Shown in pieces: positions 53,285-64,000 of a stretch of DNA of 64,000 nt (its first letter is position 1; the number at the start of each line of letters is the position of its first letter). The notes beneath the pieces are model-generated. The model was not told where the DNA came from and did no database searches. It saw nothing but the letters and a program-made list of their open reading frames with translations. The DNA lies in assembly GCF_009914755.1 (NCBI RefSeq), contig NC_060940.1; one strand, 5' to 3'. The DNA is from the human T2T-CHM13v2.0 reference genome, Homo sapiens. Made by a program: the position numbers and the translations under genes.

Positions 53285-54845
53285 ACCTCCCAAATAAATT
53301 TCTTGCTCTTGAATCCTACTTCTGGGGGAACCCAAGCCTAGACAGACATATTCCCAGGACGAGGGCACCTGGACCACAGGGGTGAATATCTTCATGATTC
53401 TTGTTGTAGACTCAATGCCCTATTTAAACCAAATTAATTATCTTTCCGTTGCTCATGTGACCGATCCCACCTGAAGACTAAGACTGGTAGATCAAATCCC
53501 AGGACGTACCCTCGCACAGCCAAGTGGGGTCCTGGGGTCCTGACTGCTTCCCTGATGGCTTCAATTCTGTACTTGGAGACCATCTTTGAGCAACTGCTAA
53601 CAACCTCAGTCTTTGGAATGATGAGCTCTTGATTATTTATTGATTTATTATTTATGGATTTATTTATTGTAGAGATGGGGTCTCACACTGACACCCAAGC
53701 TGGAGGGCAGTGTCATGATCACAGCATACCACAGCCTCAAACTCCTGGATTCAATTGACCCACCCGCCTCAGCCTCCTGAGTAGCTGGGACTATAGGTAT
53801 GTGCCACCAAGCCAAGCTAATTTTTAAAAATTTATTTTTTAGAGACGGGAGTCTCTGACTCAGCTTCCCAAGTAGCTGGTACTATAGGTGCACACCACCA
53901 TCCCTGGCTAATTTTTGCATTTTTTATAGAGGTGGGGTTTCACCATGTTGGCCAAAACTCCTGGCCTCAAGTGATCCATCCACTTCTGCCTCCCAAAGTG
54001 CTGGGATTACAGGTATGAGCCACCACGCCTGGCCCCAGCTAATTTTTTTTTTTTTTTTTGAGACGGAGTCTCACTCTGTCACCCAGGCTGGAGTGAAGTG
54101 GCGAGATCTCGGCTCACTGAAAGCTCCTCCTCCCGGGTTCACGCCATTCTCCTGCCTCAGCCTCCCGAGTTGCTGGGAACTACAGGTGCCCGCCACCACA
54201 CCTCGCTAATTTTTTGTAGTTTTAGTAGAGACAGGGTTTCACCGTGTTAGCCAGGATGGTCTTGATCTTCTGACCTCATGATCCACCTGCCTCGGCCTCC
54301 CAAAGTGCTGGGATTACAGGCATGAGCCACTGCGCCCGGCCAGCCCCAGCGAATTTTTTTTTTTTTAAGTTTTTATAGAGATGGGGGTCTTGGTATATTG
54401 CCCAGGCTAATCTTGAACTCCTGGGCTCAAGCAATCCTCTTGCCTCAGCCTCACAGAATGCTGGGATTAAAGCCATGAGTCACTGCACCCAGCCTTGATA
54501 GTTATTTTTTAAATTGAATTTTTGTCAAGCATCCTTGATTGAACCCTAATTACATAGATGGTGGAAATTTGGTTTTCCAGCTCAGGCATCAGGATAACTT
54601 ATTTTTTATGCATTTATTTATCAGCAATGCCTTCTGTATTTCAATCTTATCAATTCTTCCTTCTACGCATGGGATATTAGTGCTATATAAATTATAGCAC
54701 TTATAATTGTTCCTTGCCTTCTTATCTTCCTTGTTAGACTTTGAACTCATTTAGGTCAGGAGATAACGATTCTCCAGTTTTCTGTCTCCAATACTCCACA
54801 TGACACTAGTCTTAACTGCTCTGTAGAATGTTGTAGAATTAATGA

Positions 54846-55224
<379 letters not shown>

Positions 55225-55334
55225 TGAAGTTTTTCCTCCAGAAGCCCCAAGGACGCTGTCTGGTTACCCGTGCTGTTCTCCCTTTGCGGGGACAGCAGGT
55301 GCCACCTTTGAGAGGACTTCGGCTGTCACTATGG

Positions 55335-55540
55335 ACTCTGCTATCTAAGATTTCAAAGATCTCTTTGTTATCTGGTCAACTTATCACTCTGGCTAATTAG
55401 AGGCACCATTTAGAAGCAAACTTAATTGGAAAATTGCAAAGTAATTTAAATATGATAATATTATCTCCAAAAGGTTAATATTAACTAATCTTAGCTAATC
55501 ATTTTGTAATCAGAGATATAGAATTACAAAATAAGGCTGT
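55335..55540. promoter_or_regulatory. Candidate enhancer: GATA / TCF / homeodomain motif cluster
   Basis: Five WGATAR matches (55341, 55368, 55381, 55453, 55461), TTCAAAG at 55352, CTAATTAG at 55393, and palindrome GTTAATATTAAC at 55474. Confidence 0.4.
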
Positions 55541-56786
55541 TGTGTTTTTAATAGCATGAAAACTTTTTGAACTCGCTTTTATTTCTTAACCTCATGACTG
55601 TTCTATAGGCTCCACCCGTCCTGTGGGACAAGTGGCCTCAGGGAAGGAGCGACACCTCTTCCCTGCCCCTTCCCAAAATCACTCAAGGAAAAGGATCCCA
55701 TGGTCAAATCTCCCACCTCCATCACATATTGTATGATCTCTGACCTTACCAAGTTTCTGCTGCTTTGTCCATAAGATGGGGATAATAATAGTTCCTGCCA
55801 AACAGTGCCTGTGCAAGGATTAGAAGATTCGATGGGTGCAAAATGCAGAGAAGGGGGCACACTCTATGTGAACTCCCTTCCTTCTCCAGCCCCGAAGTTC
55901 ACGTTTTTGCTCTCCGCAAAAGGAGGAGGTGAAGGCATTCTACTTCCTCTGAGAGTATCTTAGAGCCTCCCAAGGGCTGAGTGTGTGTGATTCTACTCCC
56001 AGCCTTCCACCCTCCCAGTGCAAACCCAATTCTGCTATCTCTGGATTGCTACAGAAGCAGCACTGTCAACTTGTGCAAACATGTGTGCCTTGTGAGGAAT
56101 CCAGGAGATCTCCAACCCGACACCAATGCCAGGAGGGGCCTGGTAAAGGCCTTCATGCAATGCAGACCTCCTTGCTCTGTGTTTCTTCCCAAGGCCTGTG
56201 TGCAATGCAGACTTTCTCCTTCTATGCTCTAATTTTCTTCCTGGTTTCCTCTCAGCAACTCGCACCTCCACTCCCACAATCTGTTGGAAATTTTCCTGTT
56301 CCCTCCGTTCCTCTCTCTTTTGCTCACCTTTCTTGCTTTTCTCCCGCCACAGCCCTACACAACGCACACCTCTCCCTCCCACAATCCAGAGCAATTTGTG
56401 TAGCGGCCACCCCATGTAATATATTGAATCTGGGCACAAGCAGGTCCTGCTAGTAGGAACGCTCTTCTTGTCTTCTCCACATGGCCAATGCCTAGCAATC
56501 CTTCAGGTCTTGGAGCAAACATTAGTCTTTCTGTGATGTCCGCTCTCCACTGCGCTCCTCCAGCCTTGTACGATGTCCCATACCTTCCTCTGTTGCCAAG
56601 CATGCTGTGTTCTATATTTATGGAACAGATGAATGAATGGATACACGGACTAATTTACATTTTTACCATTGTCAGCCACGGACTTCCCTGACATTGCACC
56701 CTCTCAACTGGCTTTCCATCCAGCCATAACTGCCTTGGCCTCCCTTGGTCGCCTATAAATGCCATCTTAGCAGTTCTGCTAACTCA

Positions 56787-57000
56787 GCACTGTCAATAGA
56801 ACTTTCTGTGATCATGGAAATGTTCTGTGACTGTACTGTCCAGTATAACAGCCACCAACCACACAGGGCCACAGAGCCCTTGAAATGTGGCTACTGTGAA
56901 TGAGGAGCTCACTTTTTCATTTAACTTCGTTGCAATTAACGTATATTTAAATGTAAATAGCCGAGTGTGCTTAGCGGCTACTGTGTTGAACAGCACAGCT
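56787..57000. mobile_element. MER3-like DNA transposon
   Basis: cagcactgtcaatagaactttctgtgat.atggaaatgttct...ttgaaatgtggcta...gtaaatagcc...ttgaacagcacag. Confidence 0.8.
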
Positions 57001-57929
57001 AAGCTGTCACATGAATAGCTTCACTGAACATCTTCTCCTAGGATGCTATTGCCTGCAGTATAAAGGCCATATTCTTATAAAAGCTGCACAGTGCAATCCT
57101 TAATCCACTTACCAGCCCCAGGTAGGGGAGATGAACATGGCTGCAAGTACAGATTCTAGAGCCAAGCCCAGCTCTGGGATACTGAGCAAGTTTCTTAGCT
57201 TCTCTGTGCCTCACTTTCCTTATCTTTAAAATGGGGCAAAACCACCTAAACTCAGGATTATTGTGAGGAGGACATGGACTCGTATGTGTAAAAGGGTTAG
57301 AAGAGGGTCTGGCATATATAAAGCTCTCAATAAATGGCCAATGGTCCTCCTGCCTGGAGAGTTCACCCCCTCCTCCTTCCCCATCCAAATACTTCCCACT
57401 CTCAAGGGCTCAGCTGTGCACCCCCTCCTCCAGGAAGCCTTCTTTCCTAATCCTCCACAGCATCACCAAGCTTTCCTTCCTCAGAACCCCTATGATAGTT
57501 CCTATCTGTGCCTCTTGTAGAGCAGCTATTCTAGGCAACTAATTATTACTTACTGTGTATGTACATGGCTTTACAGCCAGGCTAAAAGAGACTTAAATCC
57601 CAACGTTCCTGTGTATTGGTGTCTATTTTTCAACTGCATGCAAGTAACTCAAAATTAGTATGTTTGATTATTATATTGGCTGGCCGTTTCAGTTTTTCTG
57701 TCTTTCCCAAGAAAAGAAAGGGGGAAAGAATGCTCTGAGTGCCTACTGTATTTTAAGCACTGTGACATACACAGTTTTACACTGTTTAATTTAAACTTTG
57801 TAGCCAGTCAATGAGGCAGATGTTATAATTTCCATTTCAGAGATCAGGAAACTGAGGGTCTGAGACTTAAGTACGTGGTTCAGACATTTAGTTTGTAAGT
57901 GGAAGAACTGAAACACAAATGCAAATGAG

Positions 57930-58422
57930 TCTGTCGGGGTAGCTAGTTTCCAAAGATGGCCCCAAAGGGACCATATAGCCCAGACCCTATAGTCACAACC
58001 TTGAATGGTCCCTCCTCACGGAATTTTTGCTGGCCCTGTGATTGGTTCTAACCAATAGAAGGCAGTGGAAGCTAAACTATCTCAATTCTGGTGTAGCCTT
58101 AAAAGGTATTGGCAACTTCTGCTTCCTCTCTCTCGTGTCACTCACCTTTGGGAGACATTTGATGCTATGTATTATAAGAAGTTTGGCTACTGTGCTGGTA
58201 AGATCTCACAGAGAGAAAGCGAGGCCAAGGCCCAGCCCCTCTAACATCCTAGTCATCCTAGTCAATTCCAGCAACCATGTAAGGAAAGCTGAGCAATGAA
58301 AGCAGAAGAACTGCCCAGCTGAGCCCACGCAACCTGCAGAACTTAGAAAGCGTATGGATGATTGTTGTTTTAAGCCACTACATTTTGGAGTGGGATGTTA
58401 CACAGCAATAAATAACCAAAAC
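57930..58422 (+). mobile_element. MLT1-family MaLR LTR
   Basis: ccaaagatggccccc start, cccagctgagccca, and end ttgttgttttaagccactacattttggag...tgttacacagcaata.ataacc. Confidence 0.8.
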
Positions 58423-60116
58423 TCTTACATAAGATGTGCCATTTCTCTCTACATTGCCATTGCCCCTGTTCTCTTATGCACTGGCCAGTTTTCAGTCCCG
58501 TTTTAAGGCAGTGAATGCATTATACAAATTGTCTGTGAAACACTCACCTTTGCTCTCCTAGCTCTTCCCCAGCCAGCAGCTCTGAAAGGTGGGAAGCATT
58601 ACAGTTTTGTGGGGAAGAACATGTACTGATCGGCTGTTGACCTACCTCAAGTTACTCCACATCGCTGAGACTATAAAATTAAGATTGCTACTGACATCCT
58701 TGCAAGGATGTGGAGGGATTAAAAGAAAGACTGCTGCTAGAACACTTAGCCCAGTAACCAGCACGTGCAAGCATTCAGATCAGAGGCTGGAGGAGAGCAG
58801 GCCAGGAGACAGCTTCTACTGGAACCAACCCCTCATCCCATTCTCCCCACATTAGTGAAAACAACAGAACACAGGGGTCAGGCCTCCATGGGTTCAGAGC
58901 AATGCCAGAGCTTTTGAGGGGAAGAGCAGCTGCTGCTTCATGTCGATGGGTTTTCAACATGAAGGCAGTTCTGCAAACCACTGTGAGACACCTTCCCCTT
59001 TGGGAAATATATGTCCAGCCTCAGCCTCCAAACAAAAAGAACATCATGAGGGCCAAAAAAGGCAGAGACTGGGTGTCATTAATCACCTCTATTCCCTCAG
59101 AGTTTGGCGTGTAGTAGGTGTCAGGTCCAAAAAGGCACAGATTTGTTTTGTTCACTGCTACATTTCCAGCACATAGTAGGTGCTCAATCAATATGTGTTG
59201 AATGGGCCAGGGTCGGTGGCTCATGCCTGTAATCTCAACACTTTGGGAGGCCAAGGCAGGTGGATCGCTTGAGCTCAGGAGTTTGGGACCACTTGCCCAA
59301 TTGCCTGGGCAATATGGCAAAACACCATTTCCACAAAATACAAAAAAATTAGCCTAGAGTGGTGGCACAGGCCTATTGTCCCAGCTACTCAAGAGGCTGA
59401 GGTGGGAGGATCACTTGAACATAGGAGGTTGAGGCTGCAGTGAGCTGAGACTGCACCATTGCACTCCAGCCTGGGTGACAGAGTGAGACCCTGTCTCAAA
59501 AAAAAAAAAAAAAAGGTGTTGAATGCACTGCCTGCAGCGGACACTGTCAGTTGCCTATCCTAGGCCATTCCCTCCTTTTTCCTTGATAATGGAATTCTGA
59601 CAAGATCCAGGTGGCAATGATGCCACTCCAGGGGTGACTGGGAGGAAATTAAATTAAAGTTTGTCTGAGGAAATTAAAGCGCTCCTGTTCCTCTTTGTTG
59701 AGGATTGGTTAGGGGTGGTCATGTGACACAGTTCTATTCAGCCAATGAGGCACAAGAGAAAATCTGCTCAGAGGATTCTGGGAAAGATTTCCCTCCAGCA
59801 TAAAATGAGAGGTCTACAGAGAAAACTCCTCTTCTGTCCCTGCCTTATCTTCCTGCTTTTGCACATCTCTATGTGAGGCCATGATTTCCCAGGCAACGGC
59901 AATCATTCATAACCAGAACTGAACAAGCCAACAATGAGAAGACAACCTTCTGAGGCTAGAAGTGTGGAAGCCCTTGCCAGGCGAGCTTCCGCGTCAACCA
60001 GCATGCCACCTCTCGATGGCTTGATGTCTGCAATAAATGCACATCTTTGGAGTTTCAGCAGATGTTCTGCTACCTGCAGCAAAAGTGTCTTCCCTTACAC
60101 ATTGTGACTTAATGAT

Positions 60117-61092
60117 ATTGTTACGGGCTGAATTGTGTTCTGTAAAATTCATACGTTGAAGCCCTAACACCCCATACGGCAGAATGTGACTGTATTTGGA
60201 GATAGGGTCGTTAAAAAGGTGATTAAATTAAAATGAGGCCATTAGGTTGGCCCCTGATCCAATATAATTGGTCTCATTACAAGAAGAGGAAATTTGATTG
60301 GGCACAGCAGCTTGTGCCTGCAGTCCTAGCTACTCAGGAGGCTGAGGCAGGAGGATGGCTTGAGCCCAGGTGTTTGAGACTGTAGTGAGCTATGATTGCA
60401 CCACTGCACTCCAGTCTGGGCAACAGAGTGAGACCATGTCTCTTAAATAAATAAATAAAATTTAAAAATGAAAGAAGAGGAAATTCAGACACACCAAGAG
60501 ACACCAAGGATGTGCGCACAGAGAAAGATGATATGAAGACACAGCAAGAAATCACACCTGCTACCTTCATCTCCCAAACAACCTGATACCTTGTTTTTTT
60601 TGTTTGTTTGTTTGTTTGGTTTTTTGTTTGTTTGGTTTCGCTTTTTTGAGACGGAGTCTTACTCTGTTGCCCAGGCTGGAGTGCAGGGGTGCAATCATAG
60701 CTCGCTGCAGTGTCAAACACACCTGGCTGGAGTGGTGGGATCTCAGCTCACTGCAACCTCTGCCTTGCCACTTCAAGCAATTCTCCTGCCTCAGCCTCCC
60801 CAGTAGCTGAGATTACTGGCATGTGCCACGATGCCTGGCTAATTTTGTATGTTTAGTAAAGACGGGGTTTCACGATGTTGGCCAGGCTGGTCTTGAACCC
60901 CTGACCTGGGGCAATCCGCTCATCGAGGCCTCCCAAAGTGCTGGGATTACAGGCATGAGCCACCATGCCCAGCCAAAACCTGATACCTTGATCTCAGACT
61001 CCTAGCCCCTAGAACTGTGAGAAAAAAAAATTCTGTTGTTTAAGCCACCCAGTCTGTGGCATTTGCTATGGCAGCCCTAGCAAACTTACACA
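60117..61092 (+). mobile_element. MLT1A/B-like LTR with two Alu insertions
   Basis: tgttacgggctgaattgtg...aaattcatacgttgaagccctaac...gtgactgtatttggagataggg, ending tgtttaagccacccagtctgtggcatttg.tatggcagccctagcaaact. Alu TSD aacctgataccttg. Confidence 0.85.
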
Positions 61093-61897
61093 GATATCTA
61101 TTGTTAGGCTTAATTTATTACCACCATTAGTTTTTTTTGTGGGGGTATTTTTGTATGTGGTGTGTGTTTGTTTGTTTTGAGATAGGGTCTCTGTCGTCCA
61201 GGCTGAAGTGAAGTGGTGCAAACATGGCTCACTGCAGCCTCAAACTCCCTGAGCTCAGGCGATCCTCCCACTTCAGCCTCCCAAGTAGCTGGGACCACAG
61301 GTGTTTGCCACCACCACCACTGCCAGCTAATTTTTCTATTTTTCATAGAGGCAAGGTCTCGCTGTGTTGCCCAGGCTGGTCTCAGACTTCTGACCTCAAG
61401 TGTTCCATCAGCCTCAGCCTCATCCTCCCAAAGTGCTGGGATTACAGGTGTGAGCCACCGTGCCCGGACTCCATTTGTATTTTCAAAAACCTTTATCTTA
61501 CTATCTAACTGTCCCTTGGGTGCAGTTGGAACCTGGATAAGAGAGCTTGCCCTTTCTCTGATATAAGAATGCAGTGACACCAACCCAAGACCCAAGACTG
61601 GTCCTCTCAGGGCCCATCCACCCATTACTTCATTCAGTAAAAATCCAGCAGACACCCATCGTGCGTTGGAGCTGTGTAGAATTGTCAGAGTAAGTACTTT
61701 GAAGTCGGGCTGCCTGGCTGTGCCTCCTAATTTGAGCTGCTCCTCACTTTGAGACCGAGGGCAAGCAAGTTATCTTCCCTGTACTCTCTGACCTTGAGAA
61801 TGGTGGTAGGAACACACATCTCATAGGACTGTGTAAGGCCAGGGTGAGCCAGTGCAGGTAAACTGCTCAGTTGCTTTTCTGAATATGCAAAGATTGA

Positions 61898-62332
<435 letters not shown>

Positions 62333-62809
62333 TAACCCTTCCAACAAGCCCTGTGACACAGATACTGCCACCCCCATTTTGCCGAGTGAAGTGAGGTTCA
62401 GAGAAGTCACGTGACAAAAGCTGCAGGGTTGCTGAATCTCAGAGCTGAGGTCCAAACCCAGGTCTTCTGACCTCTAAGCCCTGAGCTCTTTCTTGCACCG
62501 TGGTGGTGTCGTTTTTTTCCCAGAGCCCTTAGAGTATGCCAGACATTCCCATGTAATCCTCACAAGAACGCAGCTTCCACAAGCTAGGAATAAAGAACTC
62601 TGACATGGATACACGTGTTTAGACCACACAGCGGGATAAACTGGCAAGTTATTGGAGGTCTTACTGGAAAGGTGGTTCATAGGGAAATGCCCTCTAAGAG
62701 AATGGGAGGAAAAGGTAAAGGCATTGTTTGGTAACTGTCTGAGACCAGGTGCTTTTGCTAGACCCTATACAATAGGCTTGAGGTGCTAATATCGTTATGC
62801 CTCACTTTA

Positions 62810-63248
<439 letters not shown>

Positions 63249-63281
63249 TCACTGCAACCTCCACCTCCTGGTTTCAAGTGA

Positions 63282-63476
<195 letters not shown>

Positions 63477-63504
63477 TAGCCAATCAGCTATAATTTAAAT
63501 TTAG

Positions 63505-63798
<294 letters not shown>

Positions 63799-63873
63799 TA
63801 GCCAGGATGGTCTTGATCTCCTGACCTCGTGATCCGCCCGCCTCTGCCTCCGTATGTTTTATTTTTGAGATAA

Positions 63874-63999
<126 letters not shown>

Positions 64000-64000
64000 C

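Noticed and set aside
55983-56453. Overlapping 156-aa and 134-aa ORFs in unique intergenic sequence
   Set aside because: No domain-like features or convincing start and splice signals; composition fits non-coding DNA.
60660-60760. Alu with an apparently duplicated or chimeric internal segment (smaller ones at ~52630 and ~24661)
   Set aside because: Explained by ordinary slippage or Alu-Alu recombination; no sign of function.

Overview
Human genomic DNA, very Alu-rich and carrying a human-specific AluYb8-type insertion. It holds the 5' part of PKD1L2 (polycystin-1-like 2, 16q23.2) on the minus strand. I traced 16 coding exons by hand from the ATG at 47123 to the exon-16 donor at 1463. Their splice phases are mutually consistent (926 codons: signal peptide, C-type lectin, SUEL lectin, PKD-like and REJ regions), and the gene continues beyond the left edge. 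This haplotype looks like a damaged allele. Exon 4 has an in-frame TAG at codon 220 (35301-35303), the expected exon-6 acceptor reads AA instead of AG (29464-29465), and several codons differ from the reference protein as I recall it. Intron 8 needs a GC donor. A strong-Kozak Met686 in exon 12 could bypass both lesions. Positions 47.1-64 kb are non-coding and, from recalled synteny, lie upstream of BCO1; they include a GATA/TCF/homeodomain motif cluster. Most ORFs in the supplied track are Alu-derived or antisense noise. I found no new biological system. The best leads are the loss-of-function allele and its possible rescue routes, an intronic tandem CCAAT array, and a candidate enhancer.
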